From contig CM022665.1 of NCBI GenBank assembly GCA_012295275.1, forward strand, positions 21,762,001-21,826,000: 64,000 bases of DNA, read 5' to 3'. The translations under genes were made by a program, and so were the position numbers. This DNA is from Chrysomallon squamiferum. Lineage: Eukaryota > Animalia > Mollusca. This document shows positions 1 through 12,879 of this stretch, piece after piece. Under the pieces are notes generated by a model, which saw only the letters and a list, made by a program, of their open reading frames with translations, was not told the origin of the DNA and searched no databases. Position 1 is the stretch's first letter. Every line of letters starts with the position of its first letter.

Positions 1-520
1 AGTACTAGTAGTAGTAGTAGAAGTACTTGTATTAGTAGTAGAAATTGCAATACAGATAGAAGTAGTTGTAATAGGAGTAGCATTAGAAGACGTAGTGGAA
101 GTATTAGTAGTAATAGTAGTAATAGAAATACTGATAATAGTAATAGTAGTGGCTGAATAGGTAGTAGTAGTAGAACTAGTAGTAGAAGTATTAGTAGTAA
201 AACTAGTAATAGAAGTGCTGGTAGTAGTAGTAATAGCAACAGTAGAGATAGTAGTATTAGAAGTAGTAGTAATGTCTGCCAAAGAAGTAACAGTGGTAGT
301 ATTAGAAGTAGTAGAATTAGGGTAGTAATAATAGAAGTGGTTGTTGTAGTTGTAGTAGGAGTAGTAATGGTTATAGTAATAGTAGTAATGGAAATACCAA
401 GAACAACAGCAGCAGCAACTAAAGCAACAACAACAACAACAATAATAATAATAATAATAATAATGATAATAACAAAAATAAAAACAACAACAACAATAAT
501 AATCAGAATAATAACAAGAG
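1..520. repeat. Degenerate (AGT)n/(AAT)n/(AAC)n trinucleotide low-complexity tract (intronic)
   Basis: Direct reading: agtagtagt.../aataataat.../acaacaaca; gives spurious poly-V/T/I ORF 337..774. Confidence 0.9.
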
Positions 521-549
521 GGAGAAGAAGACAAAGCATTACGACGTAC

Positions 550-3457
550 TTTTTACAAAGACATATACAAATGGAAACAATTATCACGCATGCTATAACA
601 CAGGCAGCAACAATGACCGCCACAATGACTGAGTTCATTTCAGATTCTGAAAAAAAAAATAATAATAATAATACAAATACTAAAAAAAATGTTTTAAATA
701 CAAACAGTCTATTCATGTGTATGTGTGTATATGTATTCATGTATATATGTATGTGTGCATGTGTTAGGATTTGAATATCCTCTGTGTTCTGTACATCAGA
801 TTAGACTCTGCACATAGACAATCTCTGGGAACCGCACTGGCCCAGGAGGACATGTATGCATGAATGTATGTATGTATGTATGTATGTATGTACGTATGTA
901 TGTATGTAGTCTTGTATTTATGTATGTGTACATCGATGAATGAACGGATGTAAATATGCACCTGTGGGGCGGATGTGTGTGTGTGTGTGTGTGTTGTGTT
1001 TGTGTGTGTGTGTGTGTGTGTGTATGTGTGTGAGTGTTGTTTTAATTTACGTTTATGGTGCTTTGTACACGCAGTAACGGGACAGTCCTCTGGAAAATAA
1101 TAATTAATCGCTTTTCCAGGGCAGACCTCCACCGTGTCGTCACTGTGATTATTTGTCACACACTTTCTGCTTATTATTACAGTTCTTTTGCATGCACTCG
1201 AGCAGGGTCCTTGCAGCTTAGTCCAAGGCGTCCAGTAGCCATCAGCTAGAATAATAAGTAGTAGAATAATTGATAGTAGTAGCAGTAGTAGCAGCAGTAG
1301 TAGTTACAGAAGTAGCAGTAGTAGCAGCGTTAGCAGTTATAGAAGTAGCAGCAGTAGTAGTTGTGGTAGTAGTTGTAGCAGAAGCGTTTACAGTAGTAGT
1401 AGTAGAAACGTTAGTAATAAAAAGAGTAGTACAATAAAATACAATATTATGATATACAGTAATATACAGACCCATACCATATTACACTATATCAAATCAA
1501 ACCATGTTAAACAGACATATCACATTAAACCATATGACACCATGCTAAACCATCATCCTTACTATATCACATAAAGAACTAAGTCACATCATAGCGAACT
1601 AGACCATATCAGACTAAGCTAAATCACAACACTATGCCATACAAATTTACTATACTGTTCTGTTTGAGCTGCAGTGCAATACACTAGACATTACAGTACA
1701 ATGCAGTACAATGCAATACAATGCATTACATTACAATATAATACTATACAATTCAACACAATTACAATTACAATATTACAATACAATACTATACAATTCA
1801 ACACAATGCAATACAATCCAGTACAATACAAAACGATACATCACATTACTATACAGTTCAATACAATACAATATAATGCAGTACAATACGATGCGTTATA
1901 CTACAATACAATACTATACAATTCAACACAATACTGTACAATGCAGTACAAGATAAAACGACACATTATACGTCAATACAATGCGGCACAGTGCAGTACT
2001 ATACATTTCAACACAATGCAGTACAGTGCAGTACAATACAGTAATTACAATACAATACAGTACAATATAATACTTTACAATTCAACACAATACAGTAAAA
2101 TACAATACAATGCAACACACTAAAATACAGTAATACAACACAGTACAGTGCAATACACTACCTTATTGTACAATACAATACATTAAGGTATGTTGTACTA
2201 TACACTATGCTTCATTATAATAAAATACGCTGAAATATATCACACTACTCTCCGTTACACTACTGTGAAGTATACCATATTACACTATACTTCACAATAA
2301 TACAATAAACTGTACTGTACAATACCACACTATCCTAAAACGTATCACACTAGCCTATGTTACATACCACTGTGATTTCTAGTTTACACTATACTTTACT
2401 ATAACACAATGCACTAAACTGTACTGTACAATACTCTACTATACTAAAACATAACACTATATTACACTATGATATACCAAGCAATACTATACTACTCTAT
2501 ACTATACTATACTATTTATTGTACATTGTACCATGCTGCATTATACTATAGTATGCTACACTACACTATACAAGGCTATACTCTACTACACTATGCCATA
2601 CTATACTGTACAAACCTGTATCATACTAAAACATATCACACTATATTACAACATATACTATAATATACTATACAGTACAAAAAACTATACTAAAACATAT
2701 AACACTATATTACACCATGCACTATACTATATTTTACCGTACAAAATTGCATTATACTCAAACATATCACATTATATTATACCATATACTATATTACTCT
2801 ATATTGTAAAAAATTGCCTTATAATAAAAGATATTACACTATATTGCACCATACACGATAATATACTGTTCTGTACAAAACTACACTAAACTAAAACATA
2901 TCACTATATTACATAATACACTATACTATACTGTACAGAATTGCATTACACGAAACCATATCACATTATGTTACATCATACACTACACTATACTATACTA
3001 TACTGTACAAAACTACGTTATACTAAAACATAACACACTATATAACACCATACACTATACTATACCACACTTTAGTACACTACAATACTGATATACTTAC
3101 CCTTATATTTCACAGGGAAACTGTTGCTCTGTACGCCTCCTTTTTTTGTTTTACAAAACCATGTCTTAAGGTCATATTTTTCTATAGATCTAATTAATAA
3201 TACGTATTTTCTGACGCTTGAATCCTTCGTCATTGAGTCACAATGAATTCTATACCTAAGAAAATTGATCACCATTAATCCACTACAATGGCCTTTCTCT
3301 TGCCTGATCTCGGCAACGAATCTGCTGTTACCTTTGTCATCTGAGTAGAACTGCACTGTATCCTCGAAATTGGTGGCATCTGTGACAACGCACACTAAAT
3401 AGTATGGCTGACTGGGAAGGGCATAGTTTAAATACGCCGACAAAAATACGGCGCAAT
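550..3457 (-). CDS. Partial gene for Ig-like + thrombospondin type-1 + transmembrane receptor (3' end beyond left edge; 5' exon not fixed)
   Basis: Three GT-AG exons with compatible phases: 3101-3457 (phase 1-1; Ig-like, YYLVCVV...YVLLIRSIEKYDLKTWFC), 1051-1245 (phase 1-1; TSP1, DGYWTPWTKLQGPCSSAC...RKC...CPGKA...DCPVTAC), 550-646 (phase 1-2; SEMNSVIVAVIVAACVIACVIIVSICICLCKK, TM plus basic stop-transfer). Confidence 0.85.
1450..3075. repeat. Degenerate pentanucleotide satellite (TACAA/TACAC/TATAC) filling the Ig-TSP1 intron
   Basis: Continuous 5-bp periodicity (tacaatacaa, actatactat); explains the Y/N/T/I-rich spurious ORFs at 1674-2889. Confidence 0.9.
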
Positions 3458-3611
3458 CTGAAATAAAATTTCAAAACGAAAAGTTTATTAGAGCTAGAAC
3501 AACATCAGATATTTTGAAATGATTGAAATATAAGTTAAAGATGACTGAACGTATGTTTATTGCAAAATATATATCACGTTTGCTCGACTCGTCTCCACTC
3601 TCTCTTCCCCG

Positions 3612-3689
<78 letters not shown>

Positions 3690-4411
3690 ACTAATAATTA
3701 GAATATATTCACAAACCACAAACGGTAAGTAAGCCAAGAATTACAGTAATCTTAATCTCCAACACTTTTATGTTTGATCTGCACCTAGAAAACAAAATGT
3801 TCACATCTACACGTAATGATGTAACACAAATAACCTAATAACTACATATATACATACACAGATATACATAGATACATACATACACATATACATACATACA
3901 TAGATAATACATACACATAAATAATTATATGCATACAAATATGCATTCATAGATGCATCCATCCATGCATCCATCCACCCATCCTTCCATCCATACATAT
4001 ATACACATACTTAAACACACTAAACATATAGATGGATAGATAGATAGATAGATATTTACACACATACATACGGATAAACATCCATACAAATATATATATA
4101 TACATACATACTGATATCGACAGATACACACACACACCTACCCATACACGTATAGGTTAAGTATACGTACATATCAAATGTTTAGTTTTAAAAAAAAATA
4201 GCTTTCTGCAGCTGTTATTTTCAACGAGAATTTTCTCAAGAGTCGTTATAGACAACTTATATTTTAATTTTTGTTTTCAATGTTCTCAAGTTGTCCTGTC
4301 AAAAATACTTCTTTTGTTTTTCCCCTCCCGAAACGCTGTAGATTGATAATATGACTTTATCAAACGTTGAAAATATTTACATGACGCAACAGCGGTGCAC
4401 ATTATTTCCTA

Positions 4412-4440
4412 TTTTACGTGACGTCATAAACGGAAGCAAT
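4412..4440. promoter_or_regulatory. Candidate promoter module: CRE (TGACGTCA) next to ETS-like CGGAAG between divergent genes
   Basis: ttttacgTGACGTCAtaaaCGGAAGc at 4419-4436 in a locally CpG-richer stretch between the Ig-TSP1 gene (-) and the LamG gene (+). Confidence 0.3.
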
Positions 4441-5812
4441 ATTGAAAGAAATTAATTTGTTTTCTTTTTTCTTTTTTTTTTTTTTTTTCTTTTTTTTTTT
4501 TTTAGTTCAAATTTTAAAATTTCTCTCTTCTCTCTTGTGTGTGTGTATATATTATTTGCAAAAGTTCTTTAAGCAGTTATCTTTAAAGTTAATAGAATTG
4601 TTGTCAAAATAAAGAAAACAGTGTTTTGCAGAAAACATTGGTTACATATCTGAAAGTTTGCGTGTTGAGTTTTATCACAAAAATATAATTTTATGTTTTT
4701 CTTTTATTCCCCTAAAAAACACATATATTTACAGAGAGAGAGAGAGAGAGAGTAGTCTACATGCACGTGTCTGCGCTCGTGTTTGTTTGTGTGTATGTTG
4801 TTGTTTCAGTTTTCAACTGCTGTATATACACGTGCAAAACATTACATAACATTATGAGAGACAATCTTTTTAAGTAAATACTTCACAAGAAATTATGACA
4901 TTACATATGTCTTTTAACAAGCACTTTCTATTACGTAATTACGTTATCGATTCACTTTTTCATAGTCTATCCCTACTCTCTCTCTAGTGATAACCCTGAC
5001 ACATGAAGATGTTAGATTACCAAACTCCCATGGGGCAGGCTGGGCGGTGTTTGTTTTCTAGGTTTACGTGAATCTGCTATCTGATTTTGTGTTATGACAT
5101 ACATAATTTCACCTTAGCAATGAACTAGATTTGATCTACAACACCAACGTATGCATAGCCATCGGCATGTTAATTCACTATATTTATGTTGACCATTTAG
5201 TTGGTTTTCAAACCTACAAAGGAACAGAAGACTGCTGCTTGCATAGACACAGGTATTTTGTCTCTGCTTACATCTCTGCGTCTGTATGTTCCTCGATCTA
5301 TTTCCATAACATTTTTGTGTCGGTATACGTGAGTTTGTAAATATTAATCAAGAGAAAATGTGTATATAGTCTTTATCATTCTATGTCTGTCTGTCTGTCT
5401 GTTTTCTACATGTAAGTACTTATGTAAAGCCATTTTGTTCATTTATACTAATTTAATTTTGTTTCAGTATTAGCACAATAATATAAATGTTATTTACTGT
5501 ATATTTTATTTCTTCTAAATACTTTTCCTTTCATTTTGTGTATATATTTTAGTTTTTTTTTTGAATTATGTTCTATTTGTATCTATTGTTGTTCTATTTT
5601 ATAAATTTGCTTTATTAGTTCTAATTCGGTACATTTTTGAATATTATTTTTAGATTATTCATGATGTTGACGCTGTTGTCACTGACGTTATTGTTGTGTT
5701 GTTTTTCGCCTGTTTTTATGGGTGAGTATTGATAAAGTGTATATCTGATACATTTTTTTTAACTTCACGGATTTATTTATTTATTTATTGTTAAAGTTTA
5801 CATTTTGTTATT

Positions 5813-5865
<53 letters not shown>

Positions 5866-5881
5866 TTGTTTATTGTTATTA

Positions 5882-5948
<67 letters not shown>

Positions 5949-6537
5949 TTTAAAACAAACCTAACTTATACGTACAACCAAGTTACTGTTTTCCTTTCTG
6001 TTAATGTGCATTTGATGGTGCGTTAAAAGCGTACATATATTAATATATCTTGTTAACTAAATGTAAAGCATCGGTTTATTTTTATACTTTTGCAAACCTT
6101 TACTAAACATAAAGGATAGGGTTAATAGAAGTTACCTTCATGAAAGGTTGGTCCATATGACAAAACATAACACCGGTTTAAATTAATATTTTGTCACTAG
6201 AGACAGCCGTTTACTAACCATAAAGTATATCGTTAACAAATAAAATAAAAAATAAATATATGACACAAACGATTGGTCTATTTAACAAAACAAATTAATT
6301 TAAAGTCAATGGAGACAAACGTTTACTAATCATAAAGTTACCGTCACGAAACATTAGTATGTTGAACACAATATGTATGTGTGTGTTTCTGTACGTATGT
6401 ATGTATGTATGTATGTATGTATGTATGTATGTATGTATGTATGTATGTATGTATAGATAGACAGATATATAGATCAATAGAAAGATAGAGATATAGATAG
6501 GTTCAGTTATATTTCAATTAATTTTTCTTCATTCTAG

Positions 6538-9011
6538 TTTGTCTGCCTAACCTCTTGTACGACTTCTCCGCCGGCGTCACACCCAACTATGGATCTGGGT
6601 ACATGCAGATAAGCCCACCAGGAGCTGTAACCATAACTTCAGGTGTGGCTAATTTCGACGGAAGTGGTTCGTTGAAGTTGTACAGATTTGCCGCCATGGA
6701 TTGGCAGGGAGACCACTCTTTCACGTTCCTCTTCAAACCCACCGATCCAAACCCCGTAACTGAAGTCAGTCTCATGTCCAACAGCGCCAGCGTTGACACC
6801 GGAAGCGTAATGATAACGTACTCTGCCAATCAGGTTAGTTGTGGAATTAACCATTTCTTCTACCGGAGATTTTCTCTTCTTGTCCTGTGACATTCTCCGC
6901 CTTCAAGTAAACAAACAAACAAACAAATAAATAAACAAACAAACAAACAAACAAACAAACAAATAAACAAACAAACAAACAAACAAGCAAGCAAGCAAAC
7001 ACATAAATAAACAAGCAAAGAAACAAACAAGCTAACAAACATGAACTTGTATTTTAGGTTAACTTAATTAAATTTATTTATTTATTTATACGTTTTCCCT
7101 ATACTTCTATCCTGTTCATACTGTAGGGGCATGCCCAAGGAAGGCATGGTTGGATTACCAGAGGCCATAGCTGCTAACAATGATGATAATTAATGATGAA
7201 TAAAATATTAATTTTATCACTAAACAATGATAGTTAATAATACATTTAACAAACAAACAAAAAAACAACAAAAAAACAAGAAAATAATAATAATAATAAT
7301 AATGAGGATGATGAGGATGATAACAATAATTTAATCGTATTTTTAAAACGACTAAACTTGAATACTCTTACAGTTATGAAATTTTGACAAGTAGCATCTT
7401 ATCAAAAGTATTTCTATTAATTCATTTCAGGTGACTCTAAAAGTCATGCTTAGTCGGTGGAATCCAAGCTCTCTGCAGTTTGACAAGAGGACGAAATATC
7501 TAACTATCACTGGAGTCGTATGTTAACCAATTTGTTTCGTGTGTTTGTGTGTGTGTTTATATGTATGTGAGTGTGTCTGTGACTACAGTTACTTTAACAA
7601 CTAATCCAGAACACGGTGACCAATATTAAATCTTGGATGTATTTCTGTTAAATTTAACGAAAAACAATCATTATTTTTTACTTACTGTTGATTAATATAT
7701 AAAAACAAATTCTGTAATATTATTAAGCATCCTGATTAATTATCTAATATCATTTACAATATTACAAACATTAACATCGAAATCTGCAGATAATTTTCTT
7801 ACATCAGATTACAATCGTATATCATCGGCATCACTAAAATAAATTAATTAATTTTCTGATATCATATTTTGAATAACAAATGTATCTTCATTGACGTCAC
7901 TAGAACTGATTAATACATTTTCTAATATATTTGGAATTACAAATGTATTTTGATGACGTCACTAAAACAAATTAATTAATTTTCTGACATCATATGTTGA
8001 ATTACAAATGTATATTTAGTGATGTCATTAGGACGGATTTATTAATCTTCTAAATATCAGACCTATAGTCTTTATTAGGAACCAGCTTGAAATGTACATT
8101 ATCATTAGCAGTATACATGTTTCACACCTTCGCATATATCAACGTCTTGCGATGCATGATGTATTTAACACAGATATATTATTATTAATGTCTAAATATA
8201 TGATATATTTAACATAGATATGTTATTAATGTCTAGATACGTGATATATTTAAAACAGATGTATTGTTATTAATTTCTATTATACATCATATATTTAACT
8301 TCAGATACATTATTATCAATGTCTGTTTTACATTATATAACTCAGATACATTATTATCAGTGTTCTGTTTTACATATATTATTATTGTCTAGATACGTGA
8401 TATATTTAACACAGATATATTATTGTTAATGTCTAGATGCGTGGTCTGTTCAACACAGATACGTTATTATTAATGTGTGATATATTTAAAACAGGATCTA
8501 GGTGTAATGCAGCAGGCACATTTTACTAAAAGTAATCAGCTTGTTCGATTCGAAGTTCACATCCCTGGAGCCACACCAGTACCTGTTTCCTTTGATCTGC
8601 GTAAGTGCATTTATTTATTTACATTCTTACTTGCTTATTTATTTATTTATGAATGTGTGTAAATGGTATCTACGTGGTATATTATTTGTCACGTAATCGC
8701 TGTTTGATAAAACTGTTTTCTGATTCAGTACATGATGAGCATATTGAAATTGTCGGCTGGGACCCACTCATGTTTGGCGTCGGGACATCAGTGTCGTTTA
8801 GTGGAATGCTTGACGAAGTAAGAAATACATACACTCACTCACACACACACACATACACACACACACACAAACATACACACATACATACAAACATACATAC
8901 ATACATACATACATACATACATACATACATACATACATACATACATACGTATTTATTATAATATTTTTTTATCTTTTTTTTCAGATTGTATACTTTCGAT
9001 GTTACATCTAA
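6538..9011 (+). CDS. Pif/BMSP-type laminin G-like (concanavalin A fold) domain protein, putative shell/extracellular matrix protein
   Basis: Five phase-compatible GT-AG exons: 6538-6833 (CLPNLLYDFSAG...GVANFDGSGSLKLYRFAAMDWQGDHSFTFLFK...VSLMSNS), 7431-7517, 8495-8600, 8729-8817 (PLMFGVGTSVSFSGMLDE), 8985-9011 (IVYFRCYI*). Motifs match the C-terminal LamG-like domain of molluscan Pif-like proteins (C..L.DF...A.F.G...L...F...D....F.G..D.(I/V)..(Y/F).C). Tentative upstream exons 4988-5046 and 5201-5252 are phase-compatible. Confidence 0.75.
7793..8050. repeat. Intronic minisatellite, about 4 diverged units of ~60-66 bp
   Basis: Units begin attttct.. at ~7793, 7851, 7917, 7979 and share ttacaaatgtat...gacgtcacta. 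Confidence 0.75.
8158..8494. repeat. Intronic minisatellite, ~40-45 bp units (gatatatttaacacagatatattattattaatgtctagatacgt)
   Basis: Repeated tgatatatttaa(c/a)acagat...ttattaatgtctaga units up to the exon at 8495. Confidence 0.8.
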
Positions 9012-9427
9012 GAACGTCACGTGACATGAGATCAAGAGTAAAAAGTAAAATTATTTTTGTTAAGTAAGCTGTGTTTATCCCGCATGCAAACCCATTAACA
9101 TTATGTTGTATATATGTTGTGTTTATTCAAATAAATAATAATATGCATATATATACATATATATATATATGTCTTTTTGTTACTTTATGTAAAAATAATC
9201 GACCGAAGTTCAAGGACCTGTATTTTCCGTTTAAATTATATATATTGAAAACGTTAATTAAATATTTAAAAATAATAATAATAATAAATTAACCTGCTCA
9301 AACCTATATCGAATAAGCTGAAATTTACTTGACATAAGGAAAGTCCAACTTACAGATATTTTGTTGTGAAATGTCACTTGCAGAATAAACGAAAGCTTGT
9401 AAGACAACGTTAATTTTAGATAACGTA

Positions 9428-12400
9428 GAGAAGAGTGGGGCATAATGAGAAAGTGGATTTTTGTTGTCTCAAATTTGTCGGCAAATGTCGGAATATGCCC
9501 CGAATATCCCTTGTACATCACGTGACCTGCAAATGGCATATACCCAACAAAAGCCATTTCTTTCCTTGTTTATACCATTAAAATAAGGAGTTACCGCCCT
9601 CAGTTTGGTTTCCGCGGCAAACTGAAGCTTTCGTATAAGCGTGATTCTACGGAAAAACTCGTGGCCTATAAAAACACGCAAACATAATTACGTCCTGAAA
9701 GTTTCGTGTACGCGCGATTTTGACTCACTCATTTGGCTTGTTTCGGCCAGACTGAATCTGCCCGATTAATGCACAGAACTAAGAAACAAAAAGTGTATTA
9801 TAATCAGTTTATATTTATTGCATCTGCACCTATGCTTAATCTATAATATAGATGTGCATACAAATGCTTTAGCAATTTAGCAGTATTCATGAATACAAAG
9901 TAATGAAGTACTTTGACCAAAAAAAATAAATTAAACAGCAACGTATACTTGCAGTTTACAACAGCAATAAATACATTGTACAAAAATGACAACAGTTCAA
10001 AACTTAACATTTATTTGCTGCTATTCAGATATTTTTGTTGTTTTGTTCTGAGGCTTGACACCTCTTCTTGTTGACAATTTTTGGTATGTCTGCTTGAAAT
10101 GTCTGGACATATAATTTCAGCTGTTTTTATAAGGCTTTGCTTTACGATATCGCCTTCAGAGCATTTGCCATTTTAAAAGCAAAAACTTTTAAAATTTTAA
10201 AAGAAACTTTTCTGTTAATGAGCTACGCGTATTCGCCGGAAGTTAAAAGAAAGTAATTGACAAAAGTACAAAAAAATTGAAACGATTTTTAAAAAAAACG
10301 TGCTCTCGCTGTAGAATTTTTTGTCTGGCCCATGGGCCGCAAATTGTTCTTGTAAAGGGCCACCAATCCTAGTCTGAAAATTCCATGGAACGAGCGATAA
10401 ATGAAGTGAGATTTGGTCGACTTGGTTTCCTTGCTCCCAGCAAGGAATATGATGTTCCAAAATCCACGGTAGAGCGTAGGGTGAAAGACAAGAACAAACA
10501 AGCAACTGGTCCAACCAAAGGACTTGGTAATTTTGAAACAGTATTCCCAAAAGTACTGGAGGAAGAACTGGTGAACATCATATTAAGGATGGAAGAGATG
10601 TTTCTTGGACTGACCACCGTTTATGTGAGATTGCTGGCCTTCCAACTAGCGGAGAGAAATCGACTTCCACATAAGTTCAACAGCTAAACTGAGAAAGCTG
10701 ACAAATATTGGCTGGCAAAGTTTCTTGACAAAACTAATTTGTCAGTCAGATGTTCTGAAGCCGCCTCTGCAGCCAGAGCTAGAGGTTTTAATCGCCAGAG
10801 TGTCATGGCATTTGTTGCTTTGTTAGAATCACTGTAACACAACTATGATTTTGAACCAGGTAGGATTTACAACATGGATGAGACAGGAATAACCACAGTG
10901 CAAGGAATCCCATCTAATGTCATTGTTCTCAAAGGCAAGAAGCAAGTCGGCAAGCTAACATCTGCAGAGCATGGCACTGAGCACTATTTGTATGAACGCA
11001 CTTGGCAGTTATAATTTTGATAATTTTCCCTAGGTTGAGAATGAAAGAGCATTTGAAGATGGGTGCACGTCTAGGATCACATTGCGTGGTACACAAGTAT
11101 GGATGGATGCACATAGAGCTGTTCGTTACATGGTTTCAGCACTTCATGAAAATTGCAAGTCAAGTAAGGAAAACTCAATCCTACTTGTGTTGGATGGCCA
11201 CATAATCCATACTAAGAACCCGTAAGTGGTCAGCTTGGCAAGAGATAATGCTGTGGTAATATTGTGCCTTCCTCCCCACTGCAGCCATAGATTGCAACCT
11301 CTTGATGTTTTGTTCATGAAACTTCTGAGTTCCTTCTATACACAGGAGGTTGAGAAATGGCTCCTTAACAGTCCATGAAAAATGGATTCAATTTATCAGA
11401 TAGCGGAATTATCAGAGCTGCCACTTCTCCCACTGCTGTCAACGGTGTTAGGAAGACAGGGATTTTCCCAGTCAACAGAGATATCTTCCAGGATCATGAC
11501 TTTGCACCTGCTGAAATGACAGATGTACCTGTTGATGCTGCCTCCGCAGTCATTCATACTAATAACTGTCCAGACGAAAATTTTACTATTGGTGCTACCA
11601 AGCCAAAGGCGCCCATTCCTTCAGCACCATTGCCAAAGGCTACTTCTCAGAGTCTTGTCACTCCATCCATTACTGATGCTACCCAACCACAAATCCCCAT
11701 CTCTACACAACTAGTGCCTTTAGCTACCGCTCAGTCTCGTTGTTCCGTCCATTACTAATGCTACTCAGCCAAAAATACCTACACCAACACCACCAGTGTC
11801 TAAGGATGCATCGCCAAGTTTTGTCACTCCATCCACCACTGGTACTACCAACCCACAAACACCCACCCGTACAGCACCAGCGCTCAAGAATGGGTTTGAG
11901 GATCCTCCTGCTGTTCCCTTCTCCTAGGCTTCTCTTAGGGCAAAACTGATGTCCTTTGTTTTACCATCTGTTATTTCCCCAGTCCTGGAACAGCAGAAAG
12001 CGAAATGTGGTAGTAAATGTGGCAAGACCAGCAAACAATCTACAGTTGTAACAGAGGGAGCCTGACGGAAACAGTGTTGATGATGAAGATATACAATGCT
12101 TATATAGCAATGATATATATTCTAATTCACCTGCAAAGGGTTGTCTCACCAGGACTGTGCAGGGGTTGAGAAAGAGGATTTTATTTGTGATATCTGTTCT
12201 GACTAAATCACTGAAAATCTGATAATTGAGGTTCAGAAGTTGAACAGTCATGATGGCTGAACAATTTTTGTTTTGTTTGGCCTACTCTTGTGAATTAAGA
12301 GTAAAATGTTGTTTTATACAAGGTTTTTACTTATTTACTGATTACTTCTGCAAAGTGATTTGCTTTTCCCGAGAATTCAGTTTATAAATTTGTGTTTGGA

Positions 12401-12865
12401 GGATAAATGTAAACTCATTTAAAATTTCAATGATGGAAGTTAACTTGACTGATGAAAGGTATTCACTGCATTTTAGGTTTTAGTTATAATCTATTGTGAA
12501 TAGATGTTCATGCAGTGCTTTTATTCAGTTAAGACAAATGTTTTGCAGCTTTGATAGTTTGTCAGAGTTGTTTATTTTTCTGTGATCTGTGGAGGGAGAA
12601 TGTTATCCCATTATGCCCTATCCATTTCAATTTGCCCCTTTACCAAATCTCAATTAACCCTGTAAATGTAACAATATGGGAAAATTCAAAACCTTTTGAA
12701 ATTTTCACAATATTTGGTTATGCTCTACAACTGCCAGCTGTTGTCTGGTAAACTGATAGCTTATAACCTAATGAAGCATCCTGTATTATATTTACCCTTG
12801 TAATGCATATCCATGGCCAATGAGTGCACAACACAACTAAGTATCTCGTTATGCCCACTGTCCCC
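9428..12865 (+). mobile_element. Pogo/Tigger-like (Tc1-mariner superfamily) DNA transposon, full-length but degenerate
   Basis: Imperfect TIRs TA|gagaagagtggggcataatgaga (9426-9450) and tctcgttatgcccactgtcccc|TA (12844-12867), TA target duplication; internal broken transposase. Confidence 0.85.
10332..12200 (+). pseudogene. Pogo-family transposase pseudogene (psq HTH, CENP-B HTH, DDE_1, C-terminal Cys-rich finger)
   Basis: MERAINEVR...ASKEYDVPKSTVERRVK; EEELVNIILRMEEMFLGLT; RIYNMDETGITTVQ; LVLDGH; LPPHCSHRLQPLDV; terminal CAGVEKEDFICDIC; multiple stops/frameshifts (e.g. TAA at 10685). Confidence 0.88.
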
Positions 12866-12879
12866 TAGGCAGAACATAG

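Noticed and set aside
337-774. 145-aa ORF and similar poly-I/Y/V/L ORFs throughout the window
   Set aside because: Translations of microsatellites (AAT, AGT, AC, TATG); 337..774 is antisense to the real TM exon.
768-853. GC-richer island with ag...gt boundaries inside the TSP1-TM intron
   Set aside because: No domain resemblance, no phase-compatible partner exon; more likely a short interspersed repeat fragment.
1674-2889. Tyr/Asn/Gln-rich ORFs resembling low-complexity shell proteins
   Set aside because: Pure 5-bp satellite, antisense within an intron, open in several frames.
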